From Clostridia bacterium (GTDB lineage: Bacteria; Bacillota; Clostridia; UBA1212; UBA1255): a stretch of 39,224 nucleotides of DNA. The notes below the pieces were generated by a model, which did not search any database, had not been told where the DNA came from, and was given only the letters and a program-made list of their open reading frames with translations. How positions within the stretch are numbered: position 1 is the stretch's first letter; each line of letters starts with the position of its first letter. The stretch is from assembly GCA_016287565.1 (NCBI GenBank), contig JAEFAM010000019.1:1-39224 (forward strand), written 5' to 3'. Made by a program: the position numbers and the translations under genes. Below are positions 7,191 to 15,447 of the stretch, piece after piece.

Positions 7191-8537
7191 TCAGACTATG
7201 TCGTTGTCGTCGAACTTGTCGCCGCACTGAGGGCAGAACTTCGGAGGATTCTTAGGATCCTCGGGTTCCCAGCCGCACTTGTCGCAGCGGTACAGAGGAG
7301 CGCCGGCAGGTCTCTTCGCGCCGCACTCGGTGCAGAAGTTGCCCTTGTTCACGCTGCCGCAGGTGGGACAGGTCCAGCCCTGGGCTTCCTGAGGTCTGGG
7401 GCAGCCGCAGTCGGGGCAGAACTTGCCGCCGTTTACTTCTTTCTTGCATACGGGGCAGGTCCAGACGTCGGCTTTCTCGCCGCCCTGGGGTGCCACGGGA
7501 GCCTGGGGAGCGCCGTTAACGGGACCCTGCTGGCCGCCCTGCTCGAACAGGCCGGTGATATTGTTTGCGCCCTGGTTCATGGCCATACCCATACCGATGA
7601 AGCCGTTGATAGCGCCGCCTTCGTTTCCGGCAGCGGTGTTCATGGCGGAGATGACGCCTCCGGTCATACGGCCGGCGGCCACGGTGGGATTCAGAGTCAT
7701 GGAAGTTTCTTCCCACTCGGTGATCTTCTTTCTCTGATCCTCGGGGATGGAAGGAACGCCGATGTTCATGGAGTAGACTTCGATGCCGCGCTTGCCCCAG
7801 TCATCTTTCAGCTCTTCGTTGAGGGCGTCTCTGATCTCCTTGGTGTGAGCGGGGATCTGGTCGTAGGAAACTCCCTGAGCGGAAAGGACGGCGAGAGCGG
7901 GCTGGAGTGCCTGAACGAGTTCGGCTTTCAGCATGGCGTCGATCTGCTCGCGCTTGTAGCTCTCGGCTACGTTACCGCAGACGTTGGTGTAGAACAGGAT
8001 CGGGTCGACCAGTTTGTAGGAGTACACGCCGTTGCATCGGAGGTCAACGGAAAGCTTGAATCCCAGCTGCTCGTTGATGACTACTTTGAAAGGAACGGGG
8101 CTGGCGGTGCCGAACTTGTTCCCGGTGATCTCTTTCAGGTTGAAGTAGTACACCCTCTGATCCTTGCCGGTGTCGCCGCCGTAGGTGATACGGCGCCCGA
8201 TGGTCTTGAAGGTCTCGATGATGGAAGTGCCGAGCTTGCCGGCGAAGATGCTGGGCTCGGAAGAAGTGTCGTAGGTGAACTGTCCGGGCTCGGCGCAGAA
8301 CTCGACGACCTTGCCCTGATCGACTATGATCATGCACTGTCCGTCGGCAACGGCGATGCCGGATCCGTTGGAAATGATATTGTCGTTGCCCTTCGTGTTG
8401 GAGCTGCGGCTCGTGATCCTCTTCTGGCCTTTAACGACGAGGGTATCGGCGTCGATAGCTTCGCAATAGAAGAATTCCTTCCACTGATCGGCAAGTGTGC
8501 CGCCAACCGCACCGACTAAAGCTTTAATAAGTCCCAT
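7191..8537 (-). CDS. SPFH/band-7-like domain protein with three C-terminal zinc ribbons
   Basis: MGLIKALVGAVGGTLADQWKEFF... is SPFH-like. The C-terminus has CPVCKKEVNGGKFCPDCG, CPTCGSVNKGNFCTECG and CDKCG...FCPQCG. The ATG at 8537 has a GAGAGGAG RBS. The track start at 8591 is a TTG. Confidence 0.75.
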   Translation of the reverse strand: MGLIKALVGAVGGTLADQWKEFFYCEAIDADTLVVKGQKRITSRSSNTKGNDNIISNGSGIAVADGQCMIIVDQGKVVEFCAEPGQFTYDTSSEPSIFAGKLGTSIIETFKTIGRRITYGGDTGKDQRVYYFNLKEITGNKFGTASPVPFKVVINEQLGFKLSVDLRCNGVYSYKLVDPILFYTNVCGNVAESYKREQIDAMLKAELVQALQPALAVLSAQGVSYDQIPAHTKEIRDALNEELKDDWGKRGIEVYSMNIGVPSIPEDQRKKITEWEETSMTLNPTVAAGRMTGGVISAMNTAAGNEGGAINGFIGMGMAMNQGANNITGLFEQGGQQGPVNGAPQAPVAPQGGEKADVWTCPVCKKEVNGGKFCPDCGCPRPQEAQGWTCPTCGSVNKGNFCTECGAKRPAGAPLYRCDKCGWEPEDPKNPPKFCPQCGDKFDDNDIV

Positions 8538-8625
8538 AGTTTTTCTCCTCTCAAAAACTTTATTATTTGTCTCAAATATGCCGCGCGTCAATGACCGGCG
8601 CGCCGCACCGTGTCTGTTTTACAGG

Positions 8626-8654
8626 ATTATACAGCATTCCGCCCTTTTTATCAA
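8626..8654 (-). promoter_or_regulatory. Near-consensus sigma-A promoter (TTGATA-17-TATAAT) for the SPFH gene
   Basis: The minus strand reads TTGATAaaaagggcggaatgctgTATAAT. The -35 overlaps the rubrerythrin stop codon, and the TSS is predicted at ~8619. Confidence 0.5.
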
Positions 8655-9190
8655 TAGTTCTCTTCCGAAATTTCGAAATAGCTCTGGGGATGGGCGCAGG
8701 TGGGGCATACTTCGGGAGCGGTGGTGCCGATGACGATATGTCCGCAGTTCCGGCATTCCCAGATCTTTACGGATCCCTTCTCGAACACTTCCCCGTTCTC
8801 CACGTTCTTGAGCAGCTTGCGGTACCTTTCCTCGTGATGCTTCTCGATGGCGGCCACCAGCCTGAACTTTTTAGCCAGGTCGTCGAAGCCTTCTTCTTCG
8901 GCGGTCTTAGCGAACTCTTCGTACATATCGGTCCATTCGTAATTCTCTCCGTCGGCGGCGGCCTTGAGGTTGTCGGCGGTGCTGCCTATTCCGGCGAGTT
9001 CCTTGAACCACATCTTGGCGTGTTCCTTCTCGTTCTCTGCAGTCTTCAGGAAGATCGCGGAGATCTGCTCGTAACCCTCTTTTTTAGCTGTTGACGCGAA
9101 ATACGTGTATTTATTTCTCGCCTGAGATTCTCCCGCGAACGCAGCCAGGAGATTTTGTTCGGTCTTCGTTCCTTCATACTTGTTTGCCAT
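8651..9190 (-). CDS. rbr: Rubrerythrin (ferritin-like di-iron domain plus C-terminal rubredoxin-like CxxC...CxxC)
   Basis: 179 aa, with [10 protein letters not shown]...EKEHAKMW...E..H di-iron ligands and the C-terminal CRNCGH...CPTCAH. Confidence 0.9.
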   Translation of the reverse strand: MANKYEGTKTEQNLLAAFAGESQARNKYTYFASTAKKEGYEQISAIFLKTAENEKEHAKMWFKELAGIGSTADNLKAAADGENYEWTDMYEEFAKTAEEEGFDDLAKKFRLVAAIEKHHEERYRKLLKNVENGEVFEKGSVKIWECRNCGHIVIGTTAPEVCPTCAHPQSYFEISEENY

Positions 9191-9211
9191 TGTCCTAACC
9201 TCCGTTGTATT

Positions 9212-10165
9212 TTATTCTTTGTGTTTGTATATCTTCTTTTCCAGGGCGAATATCCTGTCGCTGAAAGTGCCTTCTTCCATATTCTTGAACGTTTCGGCGT
9301 ATATCTCCATGCGGCTGTCGATGAGGTCCACCAGGTGGAGCAGTTCCGCCTCGGCTGTGAGAGGCAGCACCGCGGCGCCGAATTCGGGCTCTCCGTGATG
9401 AGACAGTATCAGGTGCTGGAGCAGCAGGGATTTTTCTTCGGGCACTCCCAGTTCTTTCGCGGTCTCAGCCACGTTCTGGGCGCCCATCACGGGATGTCCC
9501 AGCAGCTGCCCTTTTACGGTAAAGTCGGATATGAGCCCCAGCTGCGAGCATGCGTACTCCTGGGTCTTCGCGAAATCGTGGAGCAGCGTTCCGGCAACGA
9601 GCAGGTCTCTGTCGATCACTTCCGGATAACGGGCGGCAAGGAAATCGGAGAGCTTCATCATATTGTACGTGTGCATCAGCAATCCGGAAACGAAGCCGTG
9701 GTGCACCGACTTGGCCGCGGGCCACACGGAGAAAGCTCTGCCGTACTTTTCAAGCATCGCCTCGCATATGCGCCTGTAATCAGAGTCTTCGATGGAATTG
9801 ACCATCGTCCGGATATCTCTTCCGGCAGCCTGAATATCTATGGGCGCCACGGGCACCAGATCCGCCTTGTCGTAACGTTCCCCGTCTTCGGCGTATCTCA
9901 CCGCAGTGAGCGTAAGCTGGAGCGTGCCCTTGAATTCTCCCACTTTTCCGCGCACGAACACGGGCTTCCCTTCGTCTTTGGAAGTGGCTCCCACGGGGCC
10001 GGAATAGCTCCAGCACTTGGCCTCCATGCTGCCCGAATTATCGGAAAGCGAACAGGCAAGGAACGCGGAGCCGTTGGCGGAAGTCTTTATCCCGCAGTTC
10101 CTGATGATATAATATCCTTCGACTTCATCGTTCAGCCCGAGTTCGGAGAGTTTCTTGTGGATCAT
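9212..10165 (-). CDS. yhaM: 3'-5' exoribonuclease YhaM-like (OB-fold plus HD domain)
   Basis: 317 aa: an N-terminal OB fold (EGYYIIRNCGIKTSANGSAFLACSLSDNSG) then an HD domain (LLMHTYNMM...LLHDFAKT...LSHHGEPEFGAAV). A strong RBS AAAGGAGAAAAGT precedes the ATG. Confidence 0.8.
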   Translation of the reverse strand: MIHKKLSELGLNDEVEGYYIIRNCGIKTSANGSAFLACSLSDNSGSMEAKCWSYSGPVGATSKDEGKPVFVRGKVGEFKGTLQLTLTAVRYAEDGERYDKADLVPVAPIDIQAAGRDIRTMVNSIEDSDYRRICEAMLEKYGRAFSVWPAAKSVHHGFVSGLLMHTYNMMKLSDFLAARYPEVIDRDLLVAGTLLHDFAKTQEYACSQLGLISDFTVKGQLLGHPVMGAQNVAETAKELGVPEEKSLLLQHLILSHHGEPEFGAAVLPLTAEAELLHLVDLIDSRMEIYAETFKNMEEGTFSDRIFALEKKIYKHKE

Positions 10166-10178
10166 ACTTTTCTCCTTT

Positions 10179-10213
10179 AAAAAAGCCGGGAGTCTTTATT
10201 CTGGACTCCCGGC
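10179..10213 (-). terminator. Rho-independent terminator immediately 3' of tRNA-Arg and 5' of the yhaM RBS
   Basis: The minus RNA reads GCCGGGAGUC-CAGAAUAAA-GACUCCCGGC-UUUUUU, a perfect 10-bp stem plus U6. It ends ~14 nt before the yhaM start codon. Confidence 0.7.
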
Positions 10214-10219
10214 GTCAAA

Positions 10220-10292
10220 CGTCCCAGATAGGAATCGAACCTACGGCGTTCCGCTTAGGAGGCGGACCCTCTATCCCCTGAGGTACTGGGAC
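10220..10292 (-). tRNA. tRNA-Arg (anticodon CCT)
   Basis: Manual fold of GTCCCAG-TA-CCTC-AGGGGATA-GAGG-G-TCCGC-CTCCTAA-GCGGA-ACGCC-GTAGG-TTCGATT-CCTAT-CTGGGAC-G. There is a 7-bp acceptor stem, a GTTCGATTCC T-arm, and U33 followed by anticodon CCT. CCA is not encoded. Confidence 0.8.
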
Positions 10293-10302
10293 ATCGGGGA
10301 TA

Positions 10303-10331
10303 ATTCTACTCGATTATCCCTTCCCGGTCAA
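10303..10331 (-). promoter_or_regulatory. Near-consensus promoter TTGACC-17-TAGAAT driving tRNA-Arg
   Basis: The minus strand reads TTGACCgggaagggataatcgagTAGAATtatccccgat|GTCCCAG. The -35 overlaps the stop codon of the upstream 913-aa gene. Confidence 0.5.
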
Positions 10332-13069
10332 TCCTTTTTTACATCTTTTCTTTCCGGCGCCGTTTCTTCCGTGCCTGCCTTCTTCTTATTCATCAGGACA
10401 GCCACCACGGCAGCGGCAACCACGAGCACCGCCGTAAGGATCACGACGACGGGAACGACGTTCAGCCTGCCCTTTCCGGACTTGCCGTTCTTCTGCTCGC
10501 TGACTGCCTTTTCGTAGCTTTCAGCGTCGGAAACGTACCTGAAATTGAACCTGTCGTTGGGCGCCGTGTCCCCCAGGTCCATGAATTCCATTATATTACC
10601 GGTCTCGGTGGAATTGTCAGACCATTTGAAATCGAAATTGACGGCTTCGCCGGACTTGCCGCCCAGGAGCGTCTTGTCAAGCTTCAGCGTGAGATACCTG
10701 CCGCTGACGGAGTATTCCGCTTCTCCGATCTTCTCGGAAGTCCAGGAATTGCCGCTGAACCTTTCCACGCTCAGCTTATCGCCGGTGCGGGAGCGGTTCA
10801 GCACGTAGTCGTAGCCTTCCCAGCCGGTGGAATGGTCCATATCGATATCGATCAGCAGGTTCATCCAGGTGGAGTCGTCGCCGGCCACGATATCGTTCAC
10901 GGTGCTCACCATAAAGAACAGATTATCCGCGTCCTGGGAGACCTTGGCTTCGTCGAAGTCGTTGCGGCCCGTTCCGTTTATGTACTTGAAAGCCTTATCG
11001 TAGGAATATGTGTCGCGAAATTCCACGTCGCCCACGGTGTCCCTGAATCCGGGGCCAACGGAGGCCCAGGCGTCCACGTCGCCGAGCTCGACGGAGGTCT
11101 GTCCCTCTGCCGGCTGCAGCACGTCGGTGCCCTTGTATTTCCGGATATAATCCACCATCTGGTAATAGAAGTTGTCGCCGAATCCCACGCCGTCCCGGAT
11201 CTTCATAGGCTCCACGTCGCGGGAGAATTCGGGGTTGAATTCGTCGACGTAGCACACGTTGTTTATGTGCGTGAGCGCCATATAGTCGGAGCCTCTGCCG
11301 TTGCCGGCGATCCACTCGTTCCAGCCGGTGATCATTATCACGGAAGGGTCTGCCTTGATGGCGGCTTCCCACTGAGAGGCGAAGCCCAGCCCCTTGCGGC
11401 TCTCGTCGTAGGTGAACATAAAGTCGTTTTTGCCGTTGTTTGGCTGGACGCCGTTGACGTAGCTCCTGCCCTTGCTGGAAGAAGCGTGGTGGCCTGCCGT
11501 TACGGACATCTGCTCGAAATTGCCGTTCAGGTCCCTGCCCTTGTGCTGGACGTAATTGCCGCTGCCGTCTTTCCAGGTCTCATCCATCCAGGTCCAGTAG
11601 CCGTCCTGGTCGCACCAGGCCCAGCAGCCCCGGACGGTGAAGTTCTCTTCCAGGTACTGGCGGGTGCTTTCGTTGACTCCGGAAATGTTGCCGAAGATCA
11701 GGGGCTTGCCTTCCCATTTGAAGAACAGCTCCTCATATTTTTCCCAGTTCTTTTCGGAATATACCGACTTGCGCAGGTTCTTCACGTCCGCCTGTAAAGT
11801 GGACGGGGTGTCGCCGGTGAGGAAGCAGATCTGAGGCGTATGGCCTCCTTCTTTCCTGATCTGCAGCCATGTGTCGAAGAGCAGCGTGTGGCCCGCGGTA
11901 AACACTTCTTTATTGGAAACGTCGAGGAATATGAAATCCACTCCCGCAGCTTCCAGCATATACGCATGCTTCCTGTAGATCCAGGCGTCCGTGTTCCTGT
12001 AGTAGCCGAAGTAGGGCTCCGCCCAGTAGGCTTCCCCGCCCCGCTGTTCCAGATACGACTTCAGGCCGTCGACGCCCTGCTCCAGATATATCTTGGTGTT
12101 GTCCTGAACGTGTATGCCTGCGCCTACCCAGCAAAGGAAATAGAACACTCCCACTACCTTGTCCTGCTTCGTCTCCCCGACCGAGTCGGACAACGCCGTG
12201 GTCCTGCCCAGATCGTCCGTTGCCACCCAGTTGCCATAATCTATGCTGCGGGCGGTATCGGTCTCGGGCAAACTCTGGTCGATCTCCGTGCGGTCGAACC
12301 AGAAGTCGTCGATATATCCTTCCAGTTTGTCCACGCACAACAGCATATGCCCTGCCCGCTGCATGGTGCTGCCTTCCGAACGGGCAAGTTCATTGCCGGA
12401 TCCGTCGTATATCACGAGGTCTGAGGCATAGTTGCTGACGCTGTATCCGCTCTCCGCCGCGGCTCTTTCCGTATAGGAGACCGTGACCACCGTTTCTCCG
12501 TCGATCGCAGCCGTAAACCCGTAGGGCTTGTCGGTGATCTCCACAGAGGCTTCCCTGCCCCCTGCGAAGAACCGTGACACGTCGACCGAGGCGTGCACCT
12601 TGGTGAAATCGTCCTTTACGGAGAGCGCGGTGTCCGTGAACGAGAATCGCATGCCCGAGTCGGTCTTTTTAAGTTCCGTGTCCTGATCCCGAAGCAGCAC
12701 GATAACGGTGCCTCCGGTGATGCTGAGCTTGAATCCCGTGGAGCCGCCCGCAATGCCGTAATCGTCTCCCAGGGCGCCCCTGGTGGCGAAGACCATGGCT
12801 CTTCCGGACTGGCACGTAAGCCTTCCTCCACTTATCTCTATGCCCGCCCTGGCGGTGAGCTGCAGCGCCTCGTGCTGAGAATAATAAGTGATATCTTCCT
12901 CGGAGAAATCGAAGGTGAAACGGTTCGAGGAGCTGACGGCCCAGGCAGGCACGGAGCCCGTAAGTTTGGAAGATATCCCTCCGTCGGCGGCGCCGGCGGA
13001 AGAAGCGGCAGGCAGCGACAACAGCATCGCCGCCAGTATCAGCATCGAAAGGAGCCTTTTTGCTTTCAT
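10328..13069 (-). CDS. Large secreted enzyme-like protein: signal peptide, N-terminal beta-rich domains, a central TIM-barrel-like glycoside-hydrolase-like core (family unassigned), and a C-terminal transmembrane anchor with a KK-rich tail
   Basis: 913 aa. It starts MKAKRLLSMLILAAMLLSLPAASSAGA (signal peptide). The core has GVFYFLCW...ITGWNEWIAGNG... The C-terminus VVPVVVILTAVLVVAAAVVAVLMNKKKAGTEE is a TM anchor. No sortase LPXTG motif is present. Confidence 0.55.
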   Translation of the reverse strand: MKAKRLLSMLILAAMLLSLPAASSAGAADGGISSKLTGSVPAWAVSSSNRFTFDFSEEDITYYSQHEALQLTARAGIEISGGRLTCQSGRAMVFATRGALGDDYGIAGGSTGFKLSITGGTVIVLLRDQDTELKKTDSGMRFSFTDTALSVKDDFTKVHASVDVSRFFAGGREASVEITDKPYGFTAAIDGETVVTVSYTERAAAESGYSVSNYASDLVIYDGSGNELARSEGSTMQRAGHMLLCVDKLEGYIDDFWFDRTEIDQSLPETDTARSIDYGNWVATDDLGRTTALSDSVGETKQDKVVGVFYFLCWVGAGIHVQDNTKIYLEQGVDGLKSYLEQRGGEAYWAEPYFGYYRNTDAWIYRKHAYMLEAAGVDFIFLDVSNKEVFTAGHTLLFDTWLQIRKEGGHTPQICFLTGDTPSTLQADVKNLRKSVYSEKNWEKYEELFFKWEGKPLIFGNISGVNESTRQYLEENFTVRGCWAWCDQDGYWTWMDETWKDGSGNYVQHKGRDLNGNFEQMSVTAGHHASSSKGRSYVNGVQPNNGKNDFMFTYDESRKGLGFASQWEAAIKADPSVIMITGWNEWIAGNGRGSDYMALTHINNVCYVDEFNPEFSRDVEPMKIRDGVGFGDNFYYQMVDYIRKYKGTDVLQPAEGQTSVELGDVDAWASVGPGFRDTVGDVEFRDTYSYDKAFKYINGTGRNDFDEAKVSQDADNLFFMVSTVNDIVAGDDSTWMNLLIDIDMDHSTGWEGYDYVLNRSRTGDKLSVERFSGNSWTSEKIGEAEYSVSGRYLTLKLDKTLLGGKSGEAVNFDFKWSDNSTETGNIMEFMDLGDTAPNDRFNFRYVSDAESYEKAVSEQKNGKSGKGRLNVVPVVVILTAVLVVAAAVVAVLMNKKKAGTEETAPERKDVKKD

Positions 13070-13836
13070 TTTTTCGCTCTCGCTTTCTTGATCAGGTAGA
13101 AGACCGCGTAGAAGATCACTATGTACAGCATGAACAGCGCCACCACGATCAGCGGATAAAGCACTTTATTACCGTTGACCAGGTTGTAGAATATGTCGTA
13201 GGGAGTGCCGTCGCCCCGCATCAGGAACATGTAGTTGTACGGGATGATTATATCCGCGATATATGCAGCCACGCAGTATACGCCCAGGATGGCGAATGAG
13301 ATGCCGATGTTCTGTTTCTTCATCGTCACCATGCCGGAGATGATCAGGTACAGCGCCGCGAAGCCGGCGATGGAATGGGTCAGGCAGGAGACGAAATTGT
13401 CGAAGCACAGCACAGGGTAGGTGCCGAAGTTGTTGCCCGCTCCGTAGGTGCCCATAAAGGCGATCAGCAGGCCGAATATGAACACGAAGTCGATGGCGGC
13501 TTCCTTGACCCGTCCCTTGGAAAACGCTCCCAGAGGCAGCGCTATCAGCGGGATGCTGCAGAAGAACAGCGGCAGCATCAGCTTCCAGGCCATAGGGTCG
13601 TGATTGCGGAAGCAGATGAATATGATCTTGAACAGTTCGATGGAATCCATCAGGATGGCTGTTATTATAAGGACCTTGTTCTTTTCTTTTTCGCTCCTGT
13701 GCTTGTATCTGAGGCCCAGGAATATGCCCAGGAAGATCATCACAGCCATAAAGCAGGACACGAACAGGATATGCTGCCAGGACATGAATCCGTCCGCGGG
13801 CCGCTGGTATCCGCCTATGCCAAAAAATTCTCTCAT
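13066..13836 (-). CDS. YwaF-like (TIGR02206/TMEM164-type) integral membrane protein
   Basis: 256 aa, ~7 TM, highly hydrophobic. A GGAGGA RBS precedes it. An ATGA overlap joins it to the downstream 913-aa gene, so the two are translationally coupled. Confidence 0.55.
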   Translation of the reverse strand: MREFFGIGGYQRPADGFMSWQHILFVSCFMAVMIFLGIFLGLRYKHRSEKEKNKVLIITAILMDSIELFKIIFICFRNHDPMAWKLMLPLFFCSIPLIALPLGAFSKGRVKEAAIDFVFIFGLLIAFMGTYGAGNNFGTYPVLCFDNFVSCLTHSIAGFAALYLIISGMVTMKKQNIGISFAILGVYCVAAYIADIIIPYNYMFLMRGDGTPYDIFYNLVNGNKVLYPLIVVALFMLYIVIFYAVFYLIKKARAKK

Positions 13837-14038
13837 AAAATATTCCTCCGGTTTTATAGATGAAGCCGTTTTTTTGTGGAACTTTCTGTTAAGGAATTAT
13901 AAACGAGGGACCGTTATATGTCAATAATACCGCCCTTTTCCCGCCGGCCATTGCGCCTTTTCCCGCCTGTCCGCGCTGCTTTTCGCGCGACGGTCCGCCT
14001 CTTGCCCCGGAGCGGAAAATATTATACAATCACACCGG

Positions 14039-15193
14039 ATGGACCGTTTCGCCAAAGCGGCCCGAGCAAGCGGGGTCAATATGCCTGAACTTATCATTTT
14101 AACCGGCCTCTCCGGCAGCGGAAGGACCGAATTCGCAGAAGAACTGGCAACGGAAAGGAACGCGGAGGTATTGTCGGTGGACAGGATCCGCGAAGAGCTT
14201 GCCGCGTCCGGCATACCGGCCAAGGACAAGACGGCGCTGTACGGCGTTGCCCACGAACGGGCCAGGCGGCTTCTTAAAAGCGGCAGGAACGTGATATTCA
14301 ATTCCCGCAACCTCTCTTCCAGGAGGCGCCGGAACTTTATCAATATGGTTAAAAACATAGAGGGTTTCGAAGCGGAGTCGTACGTTATTTTGCGCCGCCC
14401 CGACGAGTGCGCCGCAAGGCTGAAGCCCAAGCCGGGTTCCTCGCTCACGCCGGAAGAAGTGATAATAAACCAGTTGCGCTGCTTCGAGTGCCCCGTTCCC
14501 GACGAAGGCTTCGGCCTGGGAGTCCATTTCGTCAACTACTCCCCCGGCACGACGGATCTCGAGGAAGAATACGCCAGGCTGAAAGGCGTGCCTCAGACCG
14601 GAAAATACCATCTGGAAAACGCGGACAACCACTCCCGCATGGTGGAGGAAGCCGCCCGGGAGCTTAACATCTCGGAAGATTTCGTGAGAGCCGCCAGGTA
14701 TCACGACGTGGGCAAGGTCTACGCAAAGACCGAAGGCAGCAACGGCGCCATGCACTTTCCCGGCCACGAGAACGTCAGCGCATATATCTACGCCCTGACG
14801 CTGGACTCCGGGGACTATACGGAAGAAGAGCTCCACGTGCTGCGCCTCATACAGTTCCACGACGTGATCTATAAAGATCCCGCCCGGTTCGCATCTCTTC
14901 CCCCGGAACTCAGGCACGAACTGGAACTGTTCCACGAATGCGATATGTACGGAGCCATCATCCCCGCTGAGCTCGGAACGGCAACGCTTCGCCAGCTGAT
15001 CATGGCTTTCGACGACTGGCGGGAGCGCCTCTCCGCCGCGCCATACTGCCTGTCGATAGACCGTCTCCCGGACCCGGACAACGAATCATATTCTTTCTCT
15101 CCCACCGAAGCCTCCGACCACGAAATGCGCGCGGTGCGTGACGCGGTCAACGTCCGGATCGTGATGCGGGAAGGGATCCCTTTCGAAATATAG
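14039..15193 (+). CDS. Fusion of an N-terminal P-loop kinase module (polynucleotide-kinase/AAA_33-like) and a C-terminal HD-superfamily phosphohydrolase (CCA-enzyme-type HD). The Walker A motif reads GLSGSGRT, with Arg in place of Lys.
   Basis: This is the only convincing plus-strand gene. Walker A: LTGLSGSGRTEF. HD motifs: KYHLENADNHSRM, ARYHDVGKVY, AMHFPGHEN, LIQFHDVIYKD. An ATG at residue 15 (MPELIIL) is an alternative start. A strong hairpin terminator follows. Confidence 0.65.
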   Translation: MDRFAKAARASGVNMPELIILTGLSGSGRTEFAEELATERNAEVLSVDRIREELAASGIPAKDKTALYGVAHERARRLLKSGRNVIFNSRNLSSRRRRNFINMVKNIEGFEAESYVILRRPDECAARLKPKPGSSLTPEEVIINQLRCFECPVPDEGFGLGVHFVNYSPGTTDLEEEYARLKGVPQTGKYHLENADNHSRMVEEAARELNISEDFVRAARYHDVGKVYAKTEGSNGAMHFPGHENVSAYIYALTLDSGDYTEEELHVLRLIQFHDVIYKDPARFASLPPELRHELELFHECDMYGAIIPAELGTATLRQLIMAFDDWRERLSAAPYCLSIDRLPDPDNESYSFSPTEASDHEMRAVRDAVNVRIVMREGIPFEI

Positions 15194-15232
15194 AAAAAAG
15201 CAGCAAAAACGTTTTTGCATAAAGATCGCCGG

Positions 15233-15270
15233 CCATCCGGAAGACCGAATGACCGGCGATCTTTTTTTCG
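15233..15270. terminator. Bidirectional rho-independent terminator between the convergent kinase-HD gene and tRNA-Pro
   Basis: AGATCGCCGG-(20 nt loop)-CCGGCGATCT followed by TTTTTTT on the plus strand. On the minus strand the same stem is flanked by an A/U-rich tract after the tRNA 3' end. Confidence 0.6.
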
Positions 15271-15272
15271 AG

Positions 15273-15348
15273 TCGGAGTGACCTGACTTGAACAGGCGAC
15301 CTCTTGCACCCCAAGCAAGCACTCTAAGCCAAACTGAGCTACACCCCG
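15273..15348 (-). tRNA. tRNA-Pro (anticodon GGG)
   Basis: Manual fold of CGGGGTG-TA-GCTC-AGTTTGGCTTA-GAGT-G-CTTGC-TTGGGGT-GCAAG-AGGTC-GCCTG-TTCAAGT-CAGGT-CACTCCG-A. It has U33, anticodon GGG, G37, a GTTCAAGT T-loop and a 7-bp acceptor stem with one G-U pair. Confidence 0.75.
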
Positions 15349-15361
15349 AAGCGCAAGGCGT

Positions 15362-15390
15362 ATTATATACTGTCGGGTCCGGTTTGTAAA
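15362..15390 (-). promoter_or_regulatory. Consensus-like promoter TTTACA-17-TATAAT for tRNA-Pro, with phased A-tracts further upstream (15391-15430)
   Basis: The minus strand reads TTTACAaaccggacccgacagtaTATAATacgccttgcgctt|CGGGGTG. Upstream, GTAAAAAAGT-like units repeat three times at a ~11-nt period, resembling an UP element. Confidence 0.5.
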
Positions 15391-15447
15391 GCACTTTTTT
15401 ACGGACTTTTTTACAGACTCTTTTACGGATCCCGGCTTTTTGCTTTT

